From the NCBI RefSeq assembly GCF_009914755.1, contig NC_060940.1: a DNA stretch of 64,000 bases. One strand, 5' to 3'. A program made the translations under genes and the position numbers. Of this stretch, positions 28,245 to 41,845 are shown piece by piece (positions within the stretch are counted from its first letter, which is position 1; the number at the start of each line of letters is the position of its first letter). This stretch comes from the human T2T-CHM13v2.0 reference genome, Homo sapiens. Below the pieces are notes generated by a model. That model had not been told where the DNA came from and ran no database searches. It was given only the letters and a program-made list of their open reading frames with translations.

Positions 28245-30200
28245 TAAAGCTATGATAATTAAGACAATGTGAGATTAATAAAAACCAGTGAATCATAATA
28301 AATCAACAGGACAGAATACAGTATGCAACTAGAGCCTTACATTTATGATCAGTTGATTTTCAAAAATGGTGCACAAACAATTCAATGAAACATGATAACC
28401 TTTTTAATAAAAGTTTCTGAAACAACTGGATATCCAGATGCAAAAAAGTGAACTTTGACTCATATCCCATGCCACACAAAAATGAATCAAAATGGACTAC
28501 AGACCTAAATGCAAAATCTAAAACTACAATGTTTTTAGAAAGTGACATAGAAGAAAATTGTTGCCTTCTTGCATTAGGGAAATATTGCTTAAAAATAACA
28601 CCAAAAACTCAATTCGTAAAAGAAAATTGATAAATTGGACTTCATCATAAAGTAAAACATTTGCTCTTCAAAAGGCATTATTACAAAAATAAAGAGGTGA
28701 TTCACAGACTGGTAGAAAATATTTATAAAACACATCTATCAAATGGTTTATATCTTAAAAATGTAAGAAATTCTAACAACTCAATAACAAGAAGACAGAT
28801 GCCCTAAATTTTAAAAAAAGCAAAAGTTTTCAGCAGGCACTTCACACAAAAAGATAAATAGATGGCAAATAAGCACATTAAAAGATACACAACATAATTA
28901 ACCCTGGGAAAATTCAAATTAAAAGCATAACAAGATAATATCATGTACCCACCAGAATGCCTAAAGTTAAAGATAAGTCATGCCAAATATTGGTAAAGAT
29001 AGTAAACAGCTCTTACATACTGCTGGTGGAAATATAACATTGCATAACCCCTGTGGAAAACAATATGGCAGTGTCTTAAAAAGTTAATCATGTACATATA
29101 ATACCACATGGCCCAGCTATTCTTCTAGGTACTTATCCAAGAAAAATGAAAGTATATGACCACACAATTACTTCTAAATAAAAGCATATAGAAACATTAC
29201 TTGTAATAGCCAAAGACTGGAAATAATGAAAACGTCCATCAACAGATGAGTGAATAAATAAATTGTGGCATATCCACACAGTGGTGTACCACTCAGCAAT
29301 GAAAAGGAACAAAATATTGATAACTATTGTGTCCAGAATTGGTTCCTTCCAGTAGGTTCTTGGTCTCCTTGACTTCAAGAATGAAGCCGCAGACCCTTGT
29401 GGTGAGTGTTACAGTTCTTAAAGATGGTGTGTCCAGAGTTTGTTCCTTCAGATGTTCAGATGCGTCCAGAGTTTCTTCCTTCCGGTGGGTTCGTGGTCTT
29501 GCTTGACTTCAGGGGTGAAGCTGCAGACCTTTGTTGTGAGTGTTATAGCTCATAAAGGAAGTGCGGACCCAAAGAGTGAGGAGCAGCAAGATTTATTGTG
29601 AAGAGCCAAAGAACAAAGCCTCCACAACATGGAAACGGACCCGAGCGGGTTGCAGCTGTTGGTTGGGTGGCCAGCTTTTATTCCCTTATTTGGCCCTGCC
29701 CACGTCCTGCTGATTGGTCCATTTTACAGAGTGTTGATTGGCCCATTTTACAGAGTGCCGATTGGTCCGTTTTTACAGAGTGCTGATTGGTGCGTTTACA
29801 AACCTTTAGCTAGACACAGAGCACTGATTGGTGCATTTACAAACTTTAACTAGACACAGAGCGCTGATTGGTGCGTTTTTACAGAGTGCTGATTGGTGCA
29901 TTTACAAACCTTTAGCTAGACACAGAGCACTGATTAGTGCATTTACAAACGTTTAGCTAGACAGAAAAGTTCTCCAAGTCCCTACCCGACCTAGAAGCCA
30001 AGCCGGCTTCACCTCTCACTATTAAATATGAGTGAATCCCAAAATTATTCTTAGTGTAAGAAGCCAGACAAAAGGAGTACACAGGGTATGATTCAATTCA
30101 TAAGAATTCTACAGAATGAAAATTTGTCTATAGGAACAGAAAGCAGACCAGTGGCTGCCTGAGGATAGGTTGGGAGAAGGGAATGATGCAGGATGTGGTG
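28245..30200 (+). mobile_element. L1MC/ME-type 3' portion, split by LTR12
   Basis: ORF2 C-terminal and 3'UTR motifs (aacaactggatatcc, tccatcaacagatgagtgaataaataaattgtgg, gaaagcagaccagtggctgcc). Confidence 0.8.
29328..30018 (-). mobile_element. LTR12-family (ERV9/HERV-9) solo LTR, short variant
   Basis: tgtgtccagaattggttcc...ggcttcacctctca; tandem gctgattggtgc..tttaca repeats; exact 4-bp TSD ctat at 29324-29327 and 30019-30022. Confidence 0.92.
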
Positions 30201-30800
30201 CAATTTCAACCCTCACGCTTTGCAACTGCTTTGGAAAGGGGTTGGTGGTTTCCTATAAAGTTAAATATACACTTCCTATAGGATCTGGCAATTATATGAT
30301 TAAAAGATAAATAAAATGATATGTTCATAAAAAGCCTTGTACACCAATATTTTATAGCAGCATTTCTCATAATAACCCAAATGTCTTGCGAAAGGTAAAA
30401 GCTTGAAAAAGTGATATATTTATGCAAAGGATACTTGATAACAATGAAAAAGAACAAGTTAGTGATACACACAATAATGTGGATGAAACTCAGAAGCATT
30501 ATGCTGAGCAAAAAAGTAAGATAAAAGGAAAGCAGGATCCCTTTACTTGAATTTCTAAAATAGGCAAAACTATAGCGATAGATACCATATCAGCAACTGC
30601 TTGGATTATGCAGTCAGAGGCGATTTACTGCAAAAGGCTCCTGAGGAAACTCTCTGACGTGAGAGAAACATTCTCTGTCTTTATTGGGAATGATGCTTAC
30701 ACGGGTCTATAAACTGGCCAAAATTCATAGAACTATACACCTAAAATATGTCCTTTTTATTGTATGTAAATGATGCTTCAGTGCTGTTGATTTTAAAATG
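30190..30800 (+). mobile_element. L1ME/MD-type 3' fragment
   Basis: aagttaaatatacac...tggatgaaactcagaagcattatgctgag...ttattgtatgtaaat. Confidence 0.7.
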
Positions 30801-31072
30801 GATAGAGTATGGAGAATTGGAAACAGAAGTGAAAGAGAACAAGTCCCCGAGGCCTTAGGATTTGTGTTTCCCCAGTCACTTTATAAGAAACAGCAGGTGG
30901 CTCTTGCCAAATTGAGTTTATTTTTAGGCAAACAGTTCATTGGTATACCCTAGGGGGTTATTTTCTAGCACTGAGTATTTCCTTTTGCATTTTGTTCTCT
31001 GCAAATAAAACAAAATAGTTGGAATGGAGCTTGGCTAAATAACAATTGAGAGTGTTTTGTTCTTGCTGGGAT

Positions 31073-31596
31073 ACATAGTAGCGGATCCAAGGTTTTGCTT
31101 ACATGGTTTCACTCCTGCAGTTTCCATTACCAGTGGTCAACTGCAGTCTGAAAATATTAGGATATTTTGAGAGGAGGTCAGAGGAGAAAGAGAAAGAGAG
31201 AGCACATTTATATAGCTTATTTTATGGTATTATGGTATTTTATTATAATTGTTTTATTTTATTATTAGTTATTGCTTGTGTTAATATCTTTCTCTGCCTA
31301 ATTTATAAATTAAAGTGTTTTGTTTTTTTTGTTTGTTTGTTTGTTTGTTTAGAGACAACATCTCACTATGTTCCCCAGGATGGCCTCAAACTCCTGGGCT
31401 CATGTGATCCTCCCATCTGCCCCCTGAGTAGCTGGGACTACAGGTGCACGCCCCCACATCCAACTTATAAATTAAATCATAGGCATGTATGTAAAGGAAA
31501 AAAAGTAGCGTACACAGGGTTCGGTACCATCTTTAGTTTCAGGCATCCACTGGGGGTCTGGGAACATATCCCCGATGGAGCAGGGGTGACTACTGC
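31073..31596. mobile_element. MER44 (Tigger7-derived MITE, Tc1/mariner)
   Basis: tggtcaactgcagtctgaaaatatt ... ttcaggcatccactgggggtctgggaacatatcccc...gactactg termini. Confidence 0.8.
31315..31464 (-). mobile_element. FLAM/FAM Alu monomer inserted in MER44
   Basis: monomer with (TTTG)n tail; TSD ttataaattaaa at 31303-31314 and 31465-31476. Confidence 0.85.
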
Positions 31597-31689
31597 ATCT
31601 GGAAATCAAAGTTTAATAGCATTTTCTCTAATCGTGATGATTAGTACTTTACAGATGGCCTCTGGAATTATGAACATGAAAGGAAGAGC

Positions 31690-32720
31690 GATGGGCTGGG
31701 TATCAGAAGACCTGAGGTGTTCACACAGTGCCGATAAACATCTTTGTGACCTCAGGAATGCTGCCTCCTGACGCTCAGCCTTAATCTCTTCATCTGGAGA
31801 GAAAGGGTGAGTGAGCCTCCGTTGGACTAAGCAGTTAAGAAAGATTCAACCGTGATCGTGTCTGTGAATTCATTTTTGAAGTAAAACAGTGAAAAATAAT
31901 ATCAATTAATTAATTAATTTCATTAATCACTTAACTTTAGAGAAACAAAGGATGTACTTTAGCCAGAATTACGCAGGATGGGGCGGGAGGGAGAGCACCC
32001 ACATTTCATGGTGGCCATCTTAAGTCACCTGAAATTGTGATGCGGAATGGGTGAAGCAAAGAACGTAGAATCAGAAAATCTTGGTTTGTACTCCCAACAA
32101 TTTAATATAGAAAAATATCAACTAATAAGGGGCAAATTATTTAACCCCTTTGGACCTATGTTTTTCTAGCTATGTAGTTTTAATGATTATGTGGAGTTTT
32201 ACTAGAATACATTGAAATAACTTCTGTGAAAACATATAATGTAGTGCCTGATCAATAGCTTATTTTTAAATTAAATTTTGGTTATATGTAATAAAAATAA
32301 TAAATAATAAAAATTTAATAAAATTTAACAATAAAAAAATAATAAAAATGTTCTCTAAAGTGTAATGTTTAGCCCTTTGAAAACAGTCCATGTAATCATG
32401 AAAGGCAAAGTAATGCAGCAGACGGTGTTCTGGTAACAACAGCAATGAGGATAATAAAGATCATAATTATTATTATAAACATTTATTGAGAAGTTACTAT
32501 ATGCCAGACTCTGTACTGATTGTTTTTCCCACACATCTCACTCAATCTTTTCATTAACCTGAAAGACAGGTGCTAAATACAATTTATCCTCATCTTACAG
32601 ATAAAAGCCAAAGGTCAGAGATGTTAAGTCTCTTGCCTAGAGTTACACAGCTAGTGGTGCTAAGATGGGATTGACTGCTCAGCTTGTTCCAGGCGCCAGT
32701 CTAAACATACCAACTGTGCC
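31690..32720. mobile_element. Three MIR relics (sense ~31690-31880 and ~32060-32260; antisense ~32460-32720)
   Basis: MIR core motifs, e.g. catttattgagaagttactatatgccag...cttacagataaaag. Confidence 0.65.
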
Positions 32721-33359
32721 ATTGAAAAGATTTCACTATTGCTGAAATGTGCGCTATATGCAGTTCAATGACAGTAAAATCATAGTGTGAGAGATCCCAC
32801 AGTACAGAGGTCCTGCTGTCTGTCTCTCAGAGGGAAATTGTTATTGAGGCCTTCAGGCTTTTGTCATTACAAAACATTTGTGCATCTCCAGGCATACCTG
32901 CAACTAGATGCTCATTTGGTAAGATGCAATCAGAAGATTCCAGAGCAGGTTGCTTTTACCCCCATTGATAAGCAAACATATCCATTGTACAGATGCACCT
33001 GCTGTTTGCAAGGATTCCTACACCTGATCCTTTTTAAAAAGAAAGAACATTTTGCAAGGTAGGAAATTCTTAAGCCCTCATTTAGAGGTCTCACAAATTC
33101 ACATTTTTCTAAATATGCTTTCGTATGTGTGGAAGAAAGAAGGGCACAGGATGGGAAACATAAAAGATGGCCATAGGTGGACTGTTTCTATCTTTTTTTA
33201 TATATCAGTTTTCTATTCGGATGGCCAAATGGAAAATTGGTGTAAAAATAAAGGTAAAAATGGTTATTAAGCACTTGTTCTATGTCTAGCACCCTTTTAG
33301 ATAGTTTTCACTTGAGCACTTTCACTTGAGCCTCAAAACAAGCACACTACGTTGCATAT

Positions 33360-33735
33360 GGTATTATAGGATTGTTTAGGTTATGCAGCAGTTAATCAGT
33401 GAACTCTGAAATTTCAGTGGCATCCCACAACAACAGTTTATGTCTCATACTAAGTGCCCAATTTGTATCATTGAGGAGTTCTGCTCCACATAGCCATTCA
33501 GGGACTCAGGCTGATGGATGCTCATCATGTGGCTGCCACAATTATTGTACTGACAGAAACAAAAGCTGAAGAGGCACACAATGCCTTTTAAATGTTTCAT
33601 CAGGAAGTGGCACATCACTTCTACTCACAGTGTATTGGGCTGAATTAGTTACACGGCTTTGCCTAACTGCAAGAAGGCTGGGAAATGAGTGGTGAGTAGG
33701 AGAACATTGATATTTGGGAGTAGATGTTTCTAACA
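33360..33735 (-). mobile_element. MLT1I/J-type MaLR LTR inserted in a MIR
   Basis: ggaagtggcacatcacttctactcaca...cctaactgcaagaaggctggga. Confidence 0.65.
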
Positions 33736-36700
33736 CAAATGAGTGTTATGATCTCCAATTTGACAGAGGAACTAAATGGATCAATGAGGTTACTTGACTT
33801 AAGGCACACAGTTTTAAAGCAGCAAAATGGTATCATAAATATATGTCTTCTAAAATTTGATTTCTGAATTACTACACTGTCAAATTCAAATGTCGAGCTT
33901 TTACAACAACAAAATCACAAAACATATACAGAGCAGGCAAGTATGACCTATTTAAAGGAAAAAATGAAATCAGTAGAAACTGTCTCTGAAAAACACCTGT
34001 TGGCAGATCTACCAGACAAAGCCTTTAAAACAACTATCTTAACAATGGTCAATGAACTAAAAATAAATGTGGAGAAAGTTACAAAACTGATGTATAAACA
34101 AAATGAAAACATCAATAAAGAAACAGAAAACCTGAAAAGAAACAAAAAATAAATTCTGGAGCTAAAAAGTACAATAACTAGATTGAAAAATTTACCAGTG
34201 GAATGTAAAGGCATATTTGAGCAGGTGGAAGGAAAAACAGCAAACATGAAGATTGGCAACAGGAATTACCAAGCCTGAGGAACAGAAAGAAAAAAAGATT
34301 GAGGTAGAGTGAACAGAGTCTAAGAGACTTATGGTACGTAATCAAACAGACCAACATACACATTATGGCAGTCCCAGAATGAGAAGAGAGGGAAAAACAG
34401 GTAGAAAGAATATTTGAAGTAATAATGACTGAAAATTTCCCAAATTTGAGAAAAAACATTAGTATAACCATCCAAAAAGCTCAATGAACTTCCAGTAAGA
34501 TAAACTCAAAAAGACCAGACTAAGGCACATTATAATCAAACTCTCAAAAGACAAAGAATAAAATAAATCCTGAAAGCAGCAAGAGAAAATTGACTCATCT
34601 CAGACAAAGGATTCTCAATAAGATCTTCAGCAGATTTCTCATCAGAAACTTTGGAGAACAGAAGGCAGTGTACTAATATATTCAAAGTGCTAAGAAAAAA
34701 AAACACACAACTGTCACCCAAGTATCTTTATAGCTGGCAAAATTTTCCTTCAAATGTAAGAGAGAAATTAAGACATACCCAGAGAAACAAAAACTGAGGG
34801 AGTTTGTTACCATGAGACCTACCCTGCAAGAAATGCTCAATGGAGTCTTGCAAGGTTAAAGAGTAGACTAGGCAGTAATTTGAAGCCACAAGAAGAAACA
34901 AAGATCAAAAAAATAGAGAATGGCATGAACAACTATAAAAGCTTTTATTGTTGTAACAATAGTTTATAACCCTACTTTTTGTTTCTACGTGGTTTAAGAG
35001 ACTAATACATTTTAGAATTATTATTCTAAAAGCTACTATTATTGTAACTTTTTAACTCTACATTTTTTTCTACATAATTTGGCCTAATACTTCATTGAAA
35101 GAAATTACCAATTTATGTTTTGAGGCATAAAATGTATAAAAAGGTAACCAAAATAGGTGGGGATGAAGCTGTTTACAAAGCAGAGTTTTTGTGTTATTGA
35201 AATTAAGCTGGTATAAATTCAAATTAAAGTGTTATAACTCTAGGATATCAAATGAAATCCTCACAATAACAACAAAGAAAATAGCTATAAAATATGTGCA
35301 AAAAGAAATGAGACAGTTATTTAAGCATTTCACTACAAAAAATCAACTAAACACAGCAGGAGGTAGTAACGCAGAAAATGAGGAACAAAAAAGCTGTAAG
35401 ATATATGGAGAACAAACAGCAAAATGACAGAAATAAATCCCTCCTTATCAGTAATTACTCAAGTGTAAATGAATTAAACTCTCCAATCAAAAGACAGAGA
35501 TTGGCAAAATGAGTTTTAAAAATACGGTCCAACTATTTGTTGTTTAAAACAGATTCACTTTAGATTCAAAGACATACATAGATTGAAAGGGAATGAATAC
35601 AAAAAGATATTTTATTCAAATAATAATCAAAAGAGAACATGGGTGTCCATACTGATATCAGACAAATAGACTTTGTCACAAAGCTTACAAGAGACAAAAA
35701 ATTATGTATTAGTAAAAGTTTCAATACAGCAAGAAGCTATAACAAAGATAAACCTTTAGGTACCTAGTAGTACATCTATAACATTTCCACAACAAACATA
35801 ACACATCTGCATACAACATAAGAAATCTAAAACAAACAACTATAATATTTGCACATCTAATATTTGTTAATTCTTTTTGATAACCATCAAAATGTATGAA
35901 GCAAAAACTGACACAACTGAGCAAAGAAATAGACATTTCTACAACAATAATTGGAGACTTCAGTACTCCACTCAGATACAACCAGACAAAAGATAATTAT
36001 GTAAGGGAATTGAGGACTTAAACAACACAATAATCCAACTAGATCTAACAAGTATTTACAGAACACTCCACCCAACAACAGCATGCATATTCTTCTCAAG
36101 TGTACATGGGATGTTTTCTAGACTAGACCATATACCAGGTCACATGTTAAGTCTCAACAGATTTTAAAAGATAGGTATCAACCAAAGTCTCTTTCTCAAC
36201 TACAATGGGATAAAGTTAGAAATCAATAACGTAAGGAAAACTGTAAGATTTATAAAATTGTAGAAATTAAACTACACCTTCTCAAATGATCAGTGAATGA
36301 AAGAAGAAATCAGGGGGGAAATTAGAAAATACTTAAAGATGAATGAAAATGAAAGTATAACATACCTAAACTTATGGAACACAGCAAAAGCAGTGCTAGA
36401 GGAAAATTTATAGTCATGAATGCTTACAGTAAACAAACAAGAAAGATCTCAAAGCAACAACCTAACTTTACAACTTAAGAAACCATAATAAGAACACACT
36501 GATCACAAAACTAGCAGAGGAAGGAAATAATAAAGATGAGAGATCAACAAAATAGAGAATAGAAAAACAACAGAAAACATCAATGAAACCAAAAGCTAGT
36601 TCTTTGAAAAGATCAATAAAATTGACGAAGCTAGCTAGATAGACTAAGAAAAAGAGAAAAGACTCAAATTTCTAAAATTAGAAATGAAAGTGGGAACATA

Positions 36701-37837
36701 CTCCTGATTCTCTAGAAATAAAAGTGATTATGAGAGGATTGTGAACAATGGTAAGCCAACAAATTGAATGGCATAGATGAAATGAACAAATTCCTAGAAA
36801 CACAAAACCTACCAAGACTAAATCTGAATAGACCTATAATTAGTAAGGAGAATGAATAAGTAATTTTTAAAAATTCTAACAAAGAAAAGCCCAGGACATA
36901 ATGGCTTCATTGGTGACATCTACCAAACATTTAAAGAAAAACTAATAGCAATTCTATTCAAAGTTTTCCAAAACATTGAAGAGGAGGGAACACTTTCTAA
37001 TTAATTCTATGAGCTCAGTATTACCTTTATATCAAAGCCAGGCAAATAAGTTATAGAAAAAGAAAACTACAAACCAATATCCCTCATGAAAATTGATGCA
37101 AAAATCCTCAAGTAAATACCTGCAAACCGAATTCAGCAGCACGTTAAGAGGATTATGTGCCATGATCTAGTGGGATTTATTCCTAAAATGCAATGACGGT
37201 TCAAAATATGAAAATCAACTAATGAAGGAAGTTCGAAAAAATCCACATGATCATAGCAATTGAGGCAAGAAAAAAAGCATTTGACAAAATTTAACACTCT
37301 TTTTTAATAAAAACTCATAACAAACTAGAAATAGAAAAAAAAGTGAATTCAACATAATAAAAGCCACATACGAAAAATCCACAGTGAACATTTTACTGCC
37401 TAGTGGAAGACTGAAAGCTTTTCCTCCGAGATCAGGAACAAGAAAAAGAGGCCTGCTTTCACTACTTCTATTAAACATTATATTTCTAGCCAGATACTAA
37501 GGCAAGAAAAAAATAAAAGGCATCTAAGATGCCTTTTATTAGAAAGAAGTAAAATTATTTCTGTTTATGGCTGATACAATCATATATTTAGAAAATTCTA
37601 AAGAATTCATACCAAAAACCTCTTAAAGCTAATAAATGAATTCACAGTAGCAGGATACAAAGTCAACACAGAAAAACCAGTTACATTTGTATACACTAAC
37701 AATGAACAATCTAAAAATAAAGTTATTAAAACAATTTCATTTACACTAGCATCAGAAGAATAAAATACTTACAAATTAACTTAACCAAGGAGGTTAAAAA
37801 CATAAACAATGAAAAATATAAAACATTGCTGAAATAA

Positions 37838-38314
37838 CTTTTTTTAACTTTTATTTTAGGTTTGGGGGTACAAGTGAAGATTTCTTACATTGTCCATTTT
37901 CTAGAAGCAAGTACATTTTCTAGAAGCTTTCTATCCCCACTTCTGGTGAATATCAGGCTACCTTGTTTGCCCTCAGATCATTCATTCATTCAAATTACAT
38001 TTACTTATCAAATATTTATAAAGTTTATACCACATGTCAAGCACTGTTCTAGGCATTAAGGATACAGCAGTGAAAAAGACAACAAGACCCCTGCTCTTAA
38101 ACAGGATTAAGATGGAAAATATACAAGTAAAATATACAGGTAAAATATACAGGTAAACTCACAGCACAGGGGTTTGCTGTACAGATTATTTCATCACCCA
38201 GGAATTAAGCCCAGTACCCAATAGTTATCTTTTCTGTTCCTCTCCCTCCTCCCATCCTTCACCCTCAAGTAGACCTGTGTCTGTTGTTTTCTTCTTTGTG
38301 TTCATAAGTTCTCA
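37838..38314 (-). mobile_element. 5'-truncated L1PA13-16-type 3' end inserted antisense in L1MB, itself interrupted at 37891-38150
   Basis: tttaacttttattttaggtttgggggtac...ttacat|aggtaaactc...acagattatttcatcacccagg...ttcataagttctca; TSD gaaataa(c/a)tttt at 37831-37842 and 38315-38326. Confidence 0.85.
37907..38131 (+). repeat. 225-bp direct duplicate of 42648-42872
   Basis: base-by-base match with 3 mismatches; ORFs 37862 and 42591 share the same peptide tail. Confidence 0.97.
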
Positions 38315-39180
38315 GAAATAAATTTTACAAGATGGAAATAAGTGGAAACACATCCCATGTTCATGGCTTGGAAGACAAATATTCTTAAGGTATCAATATT
38401 ACCCAAATCAATCTACAGACTCAATGTAATCCCTCATCAAAATCCCAGTGATGTTTTTTGTAGAAATAGAAAAAAAACCCATCCTAAAATGTATATGGAA
38501 TCTCAAGGACCCCAAGTAACCACAATAATATTGAAAATAAAGGACAAAGTTGGAGGACTCACATTTTCTGATTTCAAAACTTACTACAATGCTACAGTAA
38601 TTAAAACAGTGAGCTACTGGCATACAGATAGACATATAGACCAAAGGAATATAATAGAGGTTCAGAAATAATCTCTCACATATTTGGCAAGTAAGTTTTG
38701 ACAAGGATGCCAAGATCATTCAATGGAAAAAAACAGTCTCTTAAACAAATGTGCTTAAAAACATGAATATCCACATGAAAAAGAATGAAATTGTACTCTT
38801 ACCTAACACCATATGCAAAAATCAACTTAATATGAATTAAAGTTCTAAATGTAAAATTTTAAAGGATAAAGCTCTTGGAAAAAAATATAGGGGTAAAGCT
38901 TGATGACATTGGATTTAGCAATGATTTCTTGGATATGACACCAAAAGCCTGGATGACAACAATGATAAAAATATATAAATTTGACTTTATTAAAATTTTA
39001 ATGTATTTGTGCCTCAAAATACAATATCAACAGAGTAAAAAGGTAACCAACCAATTGGAAGAATATATTTTCAAGTTATATGTCTGACAAGGTATTAATA
39101 TCCAGAATATATAGAGAACTCCTAAAACTCAACCAAAAACCAAACTAATTGTTTAAAAAATGGGCAAAGAACTTGAGTAG

Positions 39181-39539
<359 letters not shown>

Positions 39540-40384
39540 TTAAAAAACACAGAAAATAACAAGTGTTAGTAAGAATAATAAATTAATTGGAACTCTTGTG
39601 TGCTGTTGCTTGGAATATAAAGTGATTCAGCTACTGTGGAAAACAGTGTCATAATTTCTCAAAGCAAAAATAGAATTAGCATATTATCCAGCAATTCCAC
39701 CTTGGGATATACACCCAATGAATTGAAGGCAAGGTCTCAAACAGGTATTTGTACACCCATGTTCAGAGCAGCATTATTCACAATAGCCAAGATGTGGAAG
39801 CAACACAAATGTTCATTGACAGAGGAATGGCTAAGCAAACTGTGGAATAGGCATACAATGGAATATTATTCAGCTGTTATATAAGAAGGAAATTCGGACA
39901 CATGCTGCAACATGGAGGAACCTTAAGGACATTATGCTAAATTAAATAAGCCAGACATAAAGGGCCAAATACTGTACGAATCCAATCACATGAGATACTT
40001 TAAGTAGTCAATATCATAGAGACAGAAAGTAGAATGGTGGTTGCCAGGGGCTTGGTATAGGGTAAGTGGAAATTTGTTATTTAATACATAACATTTTGGT
40101 TTTACAGAATGAAAAATATGAAGATGAGTGGCAGTGATAGCTGCACAACATTATGAATGTCTTTCATACCATTGTGTGCTTAAAAATGGTTAAAGTGGTA
40201 AATTTTATGTTATGTGTATTTTACCATAATTTTGAAACTTGGGAAAACATCTATCTTCTGAGCTTCAAACAGTGATCATTTAAATTCTCTGCAGTGCCTC
40301 CATGGAATACCATATCAAGAATCCTTTTATATTCTGTGGACAGATCTTTGGATACCATTTAGTCAAGCAGTATGAAGGAAAAGT

Positions 40385-40459
40385 TGCATATCAGTTAAGG
40401 TTTAGTCAGAAAAGTAGAAAACTAGAATAATTCAGAAATTTGGAAAGGTAGAACCAGTA

Positions 40460-40500
<41 letters not shown>

Positions 40501-41300
40501 TTTCTTAGATAACTGACATGCAATTGTGGAATTTGGTTAAGCAGTCTCTGTAAGCTTCTGTGTCCATGTCTGATACTAGATCCTAAAGTCCTTAGAGCAA
40601 GCAGTTAGGAATGGAAGATCATGAGCATGCTGGAACCCAAAAACATTAGCCGAAGCCCCAGAAAGATGAATTGGGAACCACATCTATTCTTGTTCACTAT
40701 GACCTTGGCAATAAGGGTATCCTGAAGAAGCCAGGGCCCTTCATCATGGAGCTAAGCACATAGTTCTAGTCTTCGAGTCAGAGAAGTTAAAGAGGAAGGT
40801 AAAGCACTTAAAGGCCAATATGCTACTTCATGCCAAGAAGGTGAATCAGCAGATCAGCAACAAAATGTGTGAGCTACAAAATTGCTGCTGCCTTTCTTCT
40901 GCCATCCAGATCCCACAAATCTTCTTTCTGCCCTACTCTAATACAAAAACATACAACAAAGTGAATTCTGGGGAGGATAGTTCACCCTAGCCAAGTTGAC
41001 ACATTACACAGCCAAAACACACGCTTTGTCAACTTATCTCCCATACACATCTACTTAAACCATACCTAATCTCCAGCTCATAACAATAACAGAGTTATAC
41101 CTCTGATTCAAGTATCTTGTATATAACAAAAACCATATTAACCCTTTCCCCAAAAGAGGATACAAAGTCCCTTTTTTTGTCTTTGAATGGTGTTTACTCT
41201 TCTCCTACCGAATTCACATTCCTCCTTTGATATCCTCTAATACAAACACTGAGATATAAAGTTAACTTTCATTAATGCATTTTACTTTAAAAGATAAAGG
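40385..41300 (-). mobile_element. Old ERVL/MaLR LTR plus adjacent internal sequence
   Basis: tatcagttaaggtttagtcag start; agccaagttgacacatt end followed by ctttgtcaactt...catacacatct internal-like sequence; subfamily uncertain. Confidence 0.5.
40463..40494. repeat. (GT)16 microsatellite
   Basis: directly visible. Confidence 0.95.
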
Positions 41301-41611
41301 CAAAAGAGAGGAATTAAACAAAAATATTTGATGAATATATAAGGTCATGATGTAACTTGGAAAGCTTTGTGACTCCCCATACATACCAGAAATGTCTGGA
41401 TTGACAGCCATGTGTAATTCCCTGCCCAATTGCATGTCTCTGTCTGTTGACACACCTAACACTTGCCTTGGTCATGACAAGTGTGAAAATGTAGTAGTAT
41501 GGAGCCTACAACAGGGATTCATCAGTTCACCAAGCTGCAGAGGACTGGGAATTTCCCACATCAAAACCAAGGTCAGGACTATATCTGCTTCATAAGGCTG
41601 CCCATTTCAAT

Positions 41612-41766
41612 GTTTTGTTTGGTTTTTGTTGTTGTTTTTTGTTCTTTGTAGAGATGGGGTCTTGTTATGTTGCCCAGGCTACTCTCAAACTCCTAGGCTC
41701 AAATAACCCTGCTGCCCCAGCCTCCCAAAGTGCTGGGATCACAGGCGTGAGCCTCCACACCCAGTC
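41612..41766 (-). mobile_element. FLAM_C / Alu left monomer
   Basis: agagatggggtcttgttatgttgcccagg...cccaaagtgctggga. Confidence 0.85.
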
Positions 41767-41845
41767 CATTCCAATGTTTTGATAATTAGTTGCTTCTGAA
41801 TGTTATTGATCATAACAATCATAGAAACCATTTATTAAGTGCCTT

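Noticed and set aside
29700-29965. Repeated gctgattggtgc..tttaca units resembling a CRISPR-like array
   Set aside because: These are the known internal tandem repeats of LTR12 U3 in a human context, with no unique spacers.
31103-31771. Longest ORF (222 aa) as a gene
   Set aside because: It runs through MER44, an Alu monomer with its TTTG tail and a MIR, so it is a chance open frame in repeats.
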